From Oscillospiraceae bacterium (lineage in GTDB: Bacteria; Bacillota; Clostridia; Oscillospirales; Oscillospiraceae), in assembly GCA_009777235.1 (NCBI GenBank), contig WRMH01000011.1:2171-66170 (forward strand): a DNA stretch of 64,000 nt, given 5' to 3'. Below the pieces are notes generated by a model. The model was not told where the DNA came from. It saw only the letters and a program-made list of their open reading frames with translations, and did not search any database. The position numbers were made by a program, and so were the translations under genes. Below are positions 38,464 through 47,368 of this stretch, piece after piece; positions within the stretch are counted from its first letter, which is position 1; each line of letters begins with the position of its first letter.

Positions 38464-39072
38464 TCAGTTCATCGCGACGGCTTTTATGTTTTTTGTGCCG
38501 ATAAAGACTGCCGCCGAGCAAATTGTTATAATCAGCGCCGATGCCGCGAACAGCGCGTCGTTTGCGGAGTATTTTTCCCATGTAAGCGCGGCTGATACTA
38601 TGATAGCAAGCAGTGATCCTGCGCAGAGGATTGCCGTGATGATCGAGGTCAGCGGCAAGCTGTTTGCTATTTTTTCGGCTTCTTTTCGCGTCAGCGCCGA
38701 GCCTCGCAGTCTTGTTTGCTCATCCCCGCTCATGCCGCCGCCGTCTTGCTTCTCTGACGCGCCTTTTTCGGCTTTGCCCGCGCGGTATAATGACAGCGCC
38801 GCTTTTAGCATCTGGCATATCGGCAAGCCCGCAAGCGCAAACGGCACGATAACATATATGACCCGCGCCGCCTGTGTGACCGGAACAAGGGCAAGCGTGA
38901 ACGCGAGTGCCGCAAGCGCGGAAGCAAACAGTATTGCTTTGCGCTTTGCCGCCGTTACGGGCGGGGCGAGCATGTAGTCTGGGCCGATATAAACGGTACG
39001 TGTTTTGACACGCCCTTTATTGTCAAACTGCTCTTCTAAACGATAGTCGCTTAGGTATTTTCTCGAAATCAT
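38464..39072 (-). CDS. hypothetical membrane protein
   Basis: Start tentatively at MISRKYLSDYRLEEQF, with a weak SD. Several hydrophobic helices. Divergent from the MATE gene. Confidence 0.5.
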   Translation of the reverse strand: MISRKYLSDYRLEEQFDNKGRVKTRTVYIGPDYMLAPPVTAAKRKAILFASALAALAFTLALVPVTQAARVIYVIVPFALAGLPICQMLKAALSLYRAGKAEKGASEKQDGGGMSGDEQTRLRGSALTRKEAEKIANSLPLTSIITAILCAGSLLAIIVSAALTWEKYSANDALFAASALIITICSAAVFIGTKNIKAVAMN

Positions 39073-39230
39073 CAAGTGAGTATACCATATGTAAAATATG
39101 TTTTCAATAAAAATATTTAACAAAATCATAATTTTCTGCCCCGCCCCCATCCCCTCTGTAAATGTCAATCTTGCGTATTTGAGTATATTGCGATACAATC
39201 TATACAGCCTACCTCTGAAAACAAGGCAGC

Positions 39231-40571
39231 ATGGAGGAAACAGTGAAAGTACGAATGGCCGACCCGGAAAACCGTCAAATATTTCGTCTATTTTGGCCCG
39301 TATTCATCGAACTTGGACTGTCAACACTTATCGGCGTGGTATCTGCAATTATGGTATCGGGCGTGGGCGACTTCGCGGTCAGCGGCGTGACCTTGGTTGA
39401 CACGATAAACCAGACGATCATGGCGGTATTCACCGCGCTCGCAGCCGGGGCGACCGTCGTCATCGCGCAAAAAATCGGCGCGAAAGCCACCCGTGACGCG
39501 GGCGAGTTCGCAATGCAGGCTATCTTGATCTGTGTGCTGTCGGCGGGAGTGCTCGGCCTGGCGGTGGTCTTTGGCGGAAAATACGTGCTCGCCTCTCTCT
39601 ATAAAGGCGCGGAAGCAAACGTGCTGGAAGCGGCAGGCATATACTTTCTCTTTAGCGGTATCAGCTACCCATTCATCGGGCTTGGCACGGCCTGCATCGG
39701 CGTCATGCGGGCGGCGGGAAACAACCGCTCGCCCATGCTCGCGTCGGCGCTTGCCAATATAATCAACATCACGGTCGCATATATCCTCATATGGCTCGGC
39801 ATGGGGGTATACGGCGCGGCGATAGCCGTGCTTTGCGCGAGGGCGGTATCGGGGGTTTTCGCCCTGATCATGCTGCAAAAAGGCAACTTCCTCGGCTTTA
39901 TTTTACCCAAAAAATGGCTCCGCCTATCGCTTGACATACTAAAACCCATACTGCGCATAGGCGTTCCGAGCGGTGTTGACTCGATGATATTCAACGGGGC
40001 GCGGGTGGTGCTGGCCGTGTTTTTGTCACAAATGGGCACGGCTGCCCTGCACGCCAATGCCATAGCAAACTCGCTCAACGGATTTATCCTCCTGCCCGGA
40101 AACGCCATAGCCACCGTTGCTGTCACGCTTGTCGGTCAATCTTACGGCGCGAAGCTGTACAAAAAAGTAAAAGGGTATATGAAAACCCTCAGCGTTTACT
40201 GCTCGGCGGCAAATTTTGTCATGTTCATTATATTGTTTATATTCTCCGACCGGCTGATAGGGCTCTATGGGCCGTCGGAAGAAACGGCGATGATCGCGCA
40301 AAGGCTTCTTATCGCGCTCGGCGTGTTCGCGAGCCTCGTCTGGTGCTTTGCCTTTTGCCTGCCGCAGACGCTCCGGGCGTGCGGCGACGCAAAAGCCACG
40401 ATGTTTATCTCCGTGCTTAGCCTGATTGCGCTCCGAGTGCCGGGCGCGTGGCTCTTTGGCATACATCTCGGCTGGGGTATCTATGGCGTATGGGCGGGTA
40501 TGTTTTTGGATTGGTGCGGGCGCGGCGTCGGCTTTTTCATACGCTCGCTTCGGTTTAAATTCCCCCAGTGA
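39231..40571 (+). CDS. MATE-family efflux transporter
   Basis: 446 aa with 12 predicted TM helices and typical MATE N-terminus (IFRLFWPVFIELGLSTLIGVV). Confidence 0.9.
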   Translation: MEETVKVRMADPENRQIFRLFWPVFIELGLSTLIGVVSAIMVSGVGDFAVSGVTLVDTINQTIMAVFTALAAGATVVIAQKIGAKATRDAGEFAMQAILICVLSAGVLGLAVVFGGKYVLASLYKGAEANVLEAAGIYFLFSGISYPFIGLGTACIGVMRAAGNNRSPMLASALANIINITVAYILIWLGMGVYGAAIAVLCARAVSGVFALIMLQKGNFLGFILPKKWLRLSLDILKPILRIGVPSGVDSMIFNGARVVLAVFLSQMGTAALHANAIANSLNGFILLPGNAIATVAVTLVGQSYGAKLYKKVKGYMKTLSVYCSAANFVMFIILFIFSDRLIGLYGPSEETAMIAQRLLIALGVFASLVWCFAFCLPQTLRACGDAKATMFISVLSLIALRVPGAWLFGIHLGWGIYGVWAGMFLDWCGRGVGFFIRSLRFKFPQ

Positions 40572-40580
40572 CGCCACGCG

Positions 40581-42455
40581 TTAATATTTTATCGGAATCA
40601 AATCAATGTAATCTTGCAAACCGCCGTCATTCATGCAGACATCAATGATTTTTTTGCCGAGCGGGTCAAGCTGCGGCACATCATAGGTCAAAAGCTCGCG
40701 TTTTACAAACTCAAGCAGCTGCTGCGCGCCCGCGTCATAGCCTGCCGTGCCGACCTCGGCCTGCGTTTCAGGCCGCAAAAACGCGGTTCTGATAAATTGG
40801 CCGTCTATTTTAAGATTTTCCAAGCAGTAGCCGAGTATCGGCAAACGCGCCGGTACAAGATGCTCCGGCTTAAACCTCGCGCTGCCGCGCCTCGCCAAAT
40901 ACTCACGCATGAGCCATTGCGGTTTGAAGCCGACCTTATAGCAGCCGATATGCTGATTTGGAACGAGCACAAACCTTGTGCTTTGAGTGTTTTGGATTTG
41001 CGCGAGCAGCAAGTTTGCGTGATTTACGCTCGTGCCCGTGAGAAACGGCCCGTATGAACCAATGCCCTCGCTCGTGATGCCGTCGGTTTCGATGATGCTC
41101 GGGTTATTATGTCCGCGCGGCGCGACAAGACGCCACAGCCAGCCAAGCGCCGGAGGCAGAATATGTATCATGCCGATAATCCCGTAGCTCGGATGCTTCT
41201 TTGTGCATGGCGGGGTGCGGATGCCAAAGCTCCTGACATCTACCTCAACGGGCTCGTTTATGATGCCCGGCACCATTTTTCGCGGAAGCACGACACGCGG
41301 GTTTGGACAAGGCTTGCCGTCGGAATCTGCGGTATGCTCCCACACTAAGCAGGTCGCGCCCGGCACGCCTTGAATATTGATAAACACCAATGGCTCGGAT
41401 GGGTGGACATAGAGCTTTTCATGATGCGGCTCCGTGCCGTATTCTTTTATGTGGTCGAGCCTGATAAACCATCCGTCCTCCGCGTCGCAGATGACAAGCC
41501 TTTTGCTGTTTTGAAAGCTCGGGTGGCACAAGGTCATGTCGTCCGAGATTGGGCGCAGCTCACACGGCTCTTCCAAAATCAAATAGAAATTTTCTTCGGT
41601 CATGAGATTTTGCCCTATGAGTATCTTTCCGTCGGGCTCACGGTGGATATTCTCGCCCATTTCGCTCTTGCCGCCGCCCGACGCCCCTTCGTGCATTATC
41701 ACGATTTCGTTCTCATAAGGGGTTATGACCTTGACGGCGGACGAATGTGTCACGACCCAGCCGTCTTTTTCCGCGACGTCGAGCAGAAAACCGTAGACCC
41801 CTTTCTTCGCGCTCGGCCCGGGGTAGAGGTTGTACGAAAACATTTCGTACAGCTCCGGCGTGCGGTTATGCACCACGATTTGCTTCCCGTCAAGGTGCGT
41901 GTGCCTAAACGGGGGCGCGAGAAATATTACGACCGTGGGCTCAAACGTCCCTTTAAATTCTTCTGCATTTATAAAAAGCTGCAAACCTGTAAGCCCGGCG
42001 GCAAAAAACGCGGCGTTCTTTGGCGCGATGAGCGCGCCGTGATAACCTCCGTGCACTCCGCCCGCCATGAACGGCACGACTATCAGCTCTTGCTCTTTGA
42101 GCCATTTAAACGTCTCTTCCCTGAGTACGGAAAAATCATAGCCGTATTCGTCGTTAAATCTCGGCTTGTCGCTCGGCAGATCGTCGGCGATAATGAGGCA
42201 GTCGGGGTCGCGGCGGCGCATATAGTCTTCGGTATAGTTGACCGCCACGCCGTTTTTGCAGCGGACTATACTCGCCTCATGATATTTTTTGCCACGGGCA
42301 ACATAGCATACATCATAGCTGTCTGTGTCCGGGCTTCCCAGCGTTATGTCTATAATTTCCTCACGCGTCAGCGGCACGGAAACATTTTTACATTCCTTTA
42401 AGACCTTCGTTATTTCTTTGTTGAATTTTATCTTCTCCAATGTTTGTATACTCAA
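40581..42455 (-). CDS. DUF4914-like P-loop protein (HprK/PEPCK-like GxSGxGKS)
   Basis: Start reassigned to TTG at 42455 (GGAGGAG SD 8-9 nt upstream), giving 624 aa. P-loop HEGASGGGKSEM. The longer 731-aa ORF has no SD and runs into the structured spacer. Confidence 0.65.
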   Translation of the reverse strand: MSIQTLEKIKFNKEITKVLKECKNVSVPLTREEIIDITLGSPDTDSYDVCYVARGKKYHEASIVRCKNGVAVNYTEDYMRRRDPDCLIIADDLPSDKPRFNDEYGYDFSVLREETFKWLKEQELIVVPFMAGGVHGGYHGALIAPKNAAFFAAGLTGLQLFINAEEFKGTFEPTVVIFLAPPFRHTHLDGKQIVVHNRTPELYEMFSYNLYPGPSAKKGVYGFLLDVAEKDGWVVTHSSAVKVITPYENEIVIMHEGASGGGKSEMGENIHREPDGKILIGQNLMTEENFYLILEEPCELRPISDDMTLCHPSFQNSKRLVICDAEDGWFIRLDHIKEYGTEPHHEKLYVHPSEPLVFINIQGVPGATCLVWEHTADSDGKPCPNPRVVLPRKMVPGIINEPVEVDVRSFGIRTPPCTKKHPSYGIIGMIHILPPALGWLWRLVAPRGHNNPSIIETDGITSEGIGSYGPFLTGTSVNHANLLLAQIQNTQSTRFVLVPNQHIGCYKVGFKPQWLMREYLARRGSARFKPEHLVPARLPILGYCLENLKIDGQFIRTAFLRPETQAEVGTAGYDAGAQQLLEFVKRELLTYDVPQLDPLGKKIIDVCMNDGGLQDYIDLIPIKY

Positions 42456-42631
42456 CCTTTTTACTCCTCCAAATTTGTTTTTTGTCTCCGACAGTGTACC
42501 ATATCTAAGATTTTTTTGCAATACTATTTTATTGTTCTTGCATTTTTTTATATATTCGCACGCAATCACCCTTGTTTTTGCAAGTTCTTCTTGTGCAACT
42601 TTCAAAACTTGATTACACTCAATTATTGCAA

Positions 42632-42768
42632 CCCAGACCCGGTGAGGAAGGCTGTATTTTTGTCCCGTAAGCGGAGCATGGACGCGGAGCGCGCGAGTTA
42701 GGCGCATGGATGCGCCTCTTGTCTGAGCGTAGGGATAAAAAACAGCCTTTCGAGCGCAAGGGGCTGGG
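42632..42768 (+). other. GC-rich structured element in an AT-rich divergent spacer (unclassified; strand tentative)
   Basis: Outer helix CCCAGACCC/GGGGCTGGG. Second helix GAAGGCTGT/ACAGCCTTT. Internal perfect hairpin AGGCGCAT-GG-ATGCGCCT (42700-42717). Its 5-prime and 3-prime arms recur at 45785-45816. Confidence 0.3.
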
Positions 42769-42887
42769 CGTAACACATAATTTGTAGCTTCTCATATTTC
42801 TCTCATTTTTCATGCGGTTTTTCTTGATTTTGAGTTTGCATAGTGATAGACTGTCAATAAGCTACATTTGAAAATGGAGGAATTATC

Positions 42888-44177
42888 ATGGGACTTATTA
42901 AAGCGGCCATCGGAGCGGGCGGCGGAGTGCTCGCCGACCAATGGAAAGAATATTTTTATTGCGACTCTTTGCCCGCAAACGTCCTTGCGGTGAGAGGGCA
43001 AAAGCGCGTCGGGGGACGCTCCTCAAATAAAAAAGGAGACGACAACATCATAACTACCGGGTCGGTCATCGCCGTTGCCGACGGGCAATGTATGATCGTC
43101 GTGGAACAAGGCAAGGTTCTTGATGTTTGCTCCCTGCCCGGCGAATTTATTTTCGACTCGGGCGGCGAACCGTCGCTCTTTGCGGGAGGCGACCTCGGGG
43201 CAAATTTTGTAAACTCGCTAAAAAGCGTTTGGGAGAGGTTTAAGTTTGGCGGTCAGCCCGGCAAGGACACCCGAGTCTTTTACTTCAACACAAAAGAGCT
43301 GATCGGAAATAAATACGGCACGCCAAATCCCGTGCCATTTCGCGTGGTTGACACAAACATCGGCCTTGACATTGACATATCCATACGCTGTTTTGGCGAA
43401 TACAGCTATAAGATGACCAACCCCATTTTATTCTATACGAATATAAGCGGCAACATTTCCGCCGCCTATACTCGCGACGCTTTGGACAGCCAGCTCAAAA
43501 CCGAGCTTATGACCGCTCTCCAGCCTGCTTTCGCGAAAATTTCCGCGCTCGGCATACGCTACAGCGCATTGCCCGGCCACACCGCCGAAATCGCGGACGC
43601 GCTCAACGAAGTGCTCTCGGCAAAATGGCGCGACTTTCGCGGTATAGAAATCGTCTCTTTTGGCGTATCCTCGGTCAACGCGAGCAAAGAGGACGAGGAT
43701 ATGATAAAAACGCTGCAAAAGAGCGCGGTTATGCGCGACCCGGGCATGGCGGCGGCAACACTCGTCGGGGCGCAGGCCGACGCGATGAGAGCGGCGGCAA
43801 GCAATGAGTCAACGGGCCCGATGATGGCTTTTGCCGGAATGAACATGGCCGCCGGAGCCGGAGGCATGAACGCCGGGCAATTATTTGCCATGCAGCAGCA
43901 ACAACAGCAGCAAATGCAGCAACAGCAAGGGTTTGCGCAGCCGCCGGTGCAGCAACAGGCGCAGCAACCGGTGCAGCAAGCGGCGCCCGGCTGGTCTTGC
44001 AAATGCGGAAGCACCGGCAACACCGGAAAGTTTTGCGGCGAGTGCGCGTCCCCAAAACCAGCGGGCATACCGCAATATAAATGCGACAAATGCGGCTGGA
44101 CGCCCGACGACCCGGCAAAACCGCCAAAGTTTTGCCCGGAATGTGCCGACCCTTTTAACGACGGAGACATCAAATAA
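42888..44177 (+). CDS. SPFH-domain protein of the YdjI / 'virion core protein-like' family with a poly-Gln linker and C-terminal double zinc ribbon
   Basis: MGLIKAAIGAGGGVLADQWKEYF... N-terminus. QQQQQQQMQQQQ linker (43.88-43.98 kb). CKCG...CGEC and CDKCG...CPEC ribbons. Confidence 0.8.
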   Translation: MGLIKAAIGAGGGVLADQWKEYFYCDSLPANVLAVRGQKRVGGRSSNKKGDDNIITTGSVIAVADGQCMIVVEQGKVLDVCSLPGEFIFDSGGEPSLFAGGDLGANFVNSLKSVWERFKFGGQPGKDTRVFYFNTKELIGNKYGTPNPVPFRVVDTNIGLDIDISIRCFGEYSYKMTNPILFYTNISGNISAAYTRDALDSQLKTELMTALQPAFAKISALGIRYSALPGHTAEIADALNEVLSAKWRDFRGIEIVSFGVSSVNASKEDEDMIKTLQKSAVMRDPGMAAATLVGAQADAMRAAASNESTGPMMAFAGMNMAAGAGGMNAGQLFAMQQQQQQQMQQQQGFAQPPVQQQAQQPVQQAAPGWSCKCGSTGNTGKFCGECASPKPAGIPQYKCDKCGWTPDDPAKPPKFCPECADPFNDGDIK

Positions 44178-45262
44178 TGGCTTTACAGGAATATAAATGT
44201 CCAAATTGCAGCGGACCCGTCTCATGGAATCCAGGGGCGCAGGAGATAGTTTGCCCCTACTGCGCCTCCGTTATAAACCCGGAGGCCATCAGCTTCATGG
44301 ATGACGAGCCAAAGCAGGCCGACGACGTCGGGGCCGCGTGGGATTATGACGGCAGCGCGTGGCGTGACGAAGAGCATCCGGGAATGGTCGTCTATTCTTG
44401 CAACTCTTGCGGCGGCGAGGTTGTCGGAGACGAAACGCTCGGCGCGGCCGCTTGCCCGTTTTGCGGCAGCCCGGTGCTGATATCCGGCGTCTTTACAGGC
44501 GCATTGCGGCCCAACCTCGTGATACCTTTTAAACTCGACAAAGCCTTTGCTTTACAGTCGCTCGATAAGCATTATACGGGGAAAAAACTTCTCCCGACGG
44601 TGTTTAAATCGGCAAACCATATAAGCGAAACAAAGGGCGTTTATATCCCCTTTTGGCTTTACGACGCCGACGCGGATGCGCACATAGATTACAGAGGCAC
44701 CAAGGTACGCACTTGGAGCGACAGCCGTTATGTTTATACCGAAACCTCACATTACAAAATAGCTCGCGGGGGTTCTCTCGGTTTCTTGGCCGTGCCCGCC
44801 GACGGTTCAAAAAAGATTGACAATACGCTCATGGAATCCCTCGAGCCTTATAACGTTGGGGAAGCGATGGAGTTTAACAATGCGTATCTTGCCGGGTTTT
44901 ATGCCAATAAATACGACCTTGACGCAAAAGAATGTTCCCCCCGGGTTAACGAGCGCATAAAAAGCAGCACCGTCAGCGAATTTAGAAAGACGGTGACCGG
45001 ATATACCACAGTAACGCAGACCGGAGCCAATATCCGCGTCAATTGCAGCCGCATACACTATGCCCTGTTTCCTGTTTGGCTGCTTGGCTCGACATGGGAG
45101 GGCAAGAGCTATATGTTTGCCATGAACGGGCAGAGCGGAAAATTCGTCGGCGACCTGCCTCTCGACAAAAGCAAGAGATGGAGCTATTATTGGAAGATGT
45201 TCGGCATTATTGCGGCATCCTTGCTCGTTCTCACGCAAGGCTATATAGCTTTCTTTATGTGA
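44177..45262 (+). CDS. zinc-ribbon membrane protein (YdjG-like)
   Basis: ATG overlaps the upstream stop. CPNCSG...CPYC and CNSCGG...CPFCG ribbons. C-terminal TM IIAASLLVLTQGYIAFF. Confidence 0.6.
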   Translation: MALQEYKCPNCSGPVSWNPGAQEIVCPYCASVINPEAISFMDDEPKQADDVGAAWDYDGSAWRDEEHPGMVVYSCNSCGGEVVGDETLGAAACPFCGSPVLISGVFTGALRPNLVIPFKLDKAFALQSLDKHYTGKKLLPTVFKSANHISETKGVYIPFWLYDADADAHIDYRGTKVRTWSDSRYVYTETSHYKIARGGSLGFLAVPADGSKKIDNTLMESLEPYNVGEAMEFNNAYLAGFYANKYDLDAKECSPRVNERIKSSTVSEFRKTVTGYTTVTQTGANIRVNCSRIHYALFPVWLLGSTWEGKSYMFAMNGQSGKFVGDLPLDKSKRWSYYWKMFGIIAASLLVLTQGYIAFFM

Positions 45263-45366
45263 TCCGGCAGCCGATTTGTCCGCTCGCGCAACGCTTCGCC
45301 TTTTTAGTTGATACGCACCGCGCCAACGCCGCTTTAAAATCCGACAGCCGATAGACAGCCGATAGT

Positions 45367-45771
45367 TTGGAGAAAAAAATGTCTGCACTCATACGAAAAA
45401 TCGCCGCCATTATTATAACGCTCGTTATCCTGACAGGATTTATCATGCCGGGCATTGCCTCAGACGCCCTCGCCGATGAGCCCGTGCCGCAAAGCTATGC
45501 AAACAGCACAGGAGAGCAAAGCACACAGCAAGACGAACGCTTTCAGGCCCATGTTTGGGCTGCCGTCGCAAGCCTTGCGATAGCCTTTATCGTGCCGGGC
45601 ATTATAGTTGGCGTTTGGACGGCACAGCTCAAAACAGTGCGCCCCAAAAACCACGCCTGCGACTATGTAAAGCAAGGCAGTATGAACCTTAGCTTGCGGC
45701 GCGATATTTTTCTCTACCGCAATGTCCGCAAAGTCGCAAAACCTCAAAATAACAACAACACGCGCCGTTAG
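45367..45771 (+). CDS. small membrane protein (signal peptide plus one TM)
   Basis: 134 aa. An 11-nt tandem duplication ACAGCCGATAG x2 (45344-45365) lies just upstream of its SD. Confidence 0.5.
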   Translation: MEKKMSALIRKIAAIIITLVILTGFIMPGIASDALADEPVPQSYANSTGEQSTQQDERFQAHVWAAVASLAIAFIVPGIIVGVWTAQLKTVRPKNHACDYVKQGSMNLSLRRDIFLYRNVRKVAKPQNNNNTRR

Positions 45772-45784
45772 TTTGCTTTCCAAA

Positions 45785-45816
45785 CAGACCCGGCGAGGAA
45801 TGAGAGCAAGGGTCTG
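45785..45816. terminator. hairpin between convergent genes; short version of the 42632-42768 element
   Basis: CAGACCC-GGCGAGGAATGAGAGCAA-GGGTCTG. There is no strong T tract on either side. Confidence 0.4.
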
Positions 45817-45839
45817 TAATGTAACTGCGTTTAGTTTGT

Positions 45840-47354
45840 TTATTTTAAATACAGCGCCGTAAATTTTTCGCTCAAATAATCCACATAATAACCGGGGTTG
45901 AACGCCTCGCCGGTCGCTTTGCGTAGTATTTCGTCAGGCGAGCGCAGCATACCGTATTTATGCACATTCTCTTTGAGCCACGCCGTGACGGGAGACAAGT
46001 CCCCTGCTGCCGCGGCCAAATCAATATCCACGCCGGCAGAGCCGCCAAGCCCTTTTCTCATGGCATTTATAAGCTGCGAGCCATATGCCGTTCCAATGGC
46101 ATAGGACGGAAAATACCCGACCATGCCGCCGCTCCAATGGACATCTTGCAAAACGCCCTCGGCGTCATTTGTTGGGCGTATGCCCAAATATTCTTCATAT
46201 TTATCATTCCAAAGGCCGGGCAGCTCCGCCACTTCTATATCGCCACTTATGAGCGCTTTTTCGAGTTCATACCTGACCATGATATGCAGGCTGTACGAAA
46301 GCTCGTCGGCTTCTATGCGAATGAGCGACGGCTGCGCTATATTGACCGCCTCAAAGAGCATTTTTTCGTCCCAATTGCCGAAGAAATCAAACGCTTCCCG
46401 GAGCTTTGGCAAAAGCACTTTCGCAAAAGCGCGGCTGCGGCATATAATGTTTTCGTATAAACGGGATTGGCTCTCATGCATACCCATTGACGCGCCATCT
46501 GCGAGCCTGTAGCGTTCGAGCCGCTCGTCCATATTTTGCTCGTAAACGGCGTGTCCCGCTTCGTGGAGCGTGGAGAAGAGCGCCGACATCAGGTTATCTT
46601 CATGGTATTTTGTCGTAATGCGTACATCATTGCGGCTGAGGGTCGTGCAGAAAGGATGCTCCACCTCGCCCACTTTGCCGCGTGTCCTGTCATATCCGAC
46701 AAAATCGCAAAGCCACGGCATGAGTTCCCTTTGCTTGCCTATGTCGAATATACCCGTGATTTCTTTCGGGCGTTTGCCGCTTTTTACGATTTCCTTGAGG
46801 AGCGGGGCTATTTTCGCCCTAAGTAACGCAAAAAAGCCGTCGAGCATCTCCACATTCGCGCCTTTCTCATAGTCGTCCAAAAGCGCGTCGTAGGGATGCT
46901 TCTCATAGCCATACCAATCGCACAGACGCCGCTGATAATCAAAAATCTTTTGATAGTACGGCAGCATCATGCTAAAATCGCTTCTCTCGCGAGCCTTTTC
47001 CCATACCGGCTCCGCCTGCGCGACAAGCGTCTTAAATTTTTGAAACTCCTCCGGCGGCACTGCCACGGACTTGCGGTACTCATGGCCTGTTTCCCGTACT
47101 GCCGCCCTTTCAAATTCGTCCAGCTCACTATCGTGAGCCTCAAGGGTTTCAACCGCTTTTAGCGTGTCCGACAACATAAAGCGGCGAAACTGCTCTCCGC
47201 TAAGCCACCCCATGTCCGCGCCGCGCAAGGCCAGTGATTTTTCCGGCACGCCCGTAGTCGCCGCGTCCCAATGGAAAAGCGTCTGCGCGGTCTCAAGCGC
47301 CCTCTCGGCTTCGTTTTTGGATAATAGCAGCTCTATTGCTTCCGTTTTAGTCAT
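45840..47354 (-). CDS. M32 carboxypeptidase (Taq-type)
   Basis: Start at MTKTEAIELL. HEAGHAVYE zinc motif and the HES/DVHWS blocks of family M32. Confidence 0.9.
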   Translation of the reverse strand: MTKTEAIELLLSKNEAERALETAQTLFHWDAATTGVPEKSLALRGADMGWLSGEQFRRFMLSDTLKAVETLEAHDSELDEFERAAVRETGHEYRKSVAVPPEEFQKFKTLVAQAEPVWEKARERSDFSMMLPYYQKIFDYQRRLCDWYGYEKHPYDALLDDYEKGANVEMLDGFFALLRAKIAPLLKEIVKSGKRPKEITGIFDIGKQRELMPWLCDFVGYDRTRGKVGEVEHPFCTTLSRNDVRITTKYHEDNLMSALFSTLHEAGHAVYEQNMDERLERYRLADGASMGMHESQSRLYENIICRSRAFAKVLLPKLREAFDFFGNWDEKMLFEAVNIAQPSLIRIEADELSYSLHIMVRYELEKALISGDIEVAELPGLWNDKYEEYLGIRPTNDAEGVLQDVHWSGGMVGYFPSYAIGTAYGSQLINAMRKGLGGSAGVDIDLAAAAGDLSPVTAWLKENVHKYGMLRSPDEILRKATGEAFNPGYYVDYLSEKFTALYLK

Positions 47355-47368
47355 GATAATTTTTCCTT

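Noticed and set aside
38245-38977. Overlapping ORFs (38245..38430, 38333..38581, 38401..38595, 38438..38977)
   Set aside because: They are mutually overlapping, Arg/Ala-rich and antisense or out of frame relative to the membrane protein gene and the ABC operon leader. No SDs and no motifs.
42632-42768. Assignment of the structured spacer element to a known riboswitch class (compared from memory with c-di-AMP ydaO, glycine, guanidine-I ykkC, ZTP, c-di-GMP consensus features)
   Set aside because: Only trivial short matches (e.g. CGTAAGCG) were seen and the defining conserved cores are missing. It is left as unclassified and needs an Rfam scan.
40581-42776. N-terminally extended versions of several ORFs: 731-aa DUF4914 ORF, 437-aa PFK (to 2296), 437-aa DUF4143 (to 6039), 516-aa SCIFF maturase (to 25797), 550-aa M32 (to 47492), 419-aa XseA (to 19850), 301-aa TlyA (to 16129)
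   Set aside because: In each case the extension overlaps the upstream gene or spacer and lacks an SD. An internal start with a good SD matches the conserved family N-terminus.
43559-44225. Cys-rich and Arg-rich ORFs (e.g. 43559..44173 minus, 43729..44127 minus, 43885..44196 plus) overlapping the SPFH gene tail
   Set aside because: These are artefacts of reading the CAG/CAA poly-Gln run and GC-rich zinc-ribbon region in other frames (runs of CCCCCC or LLLLL). The plus-strand SPFH frame has clear family motifs.
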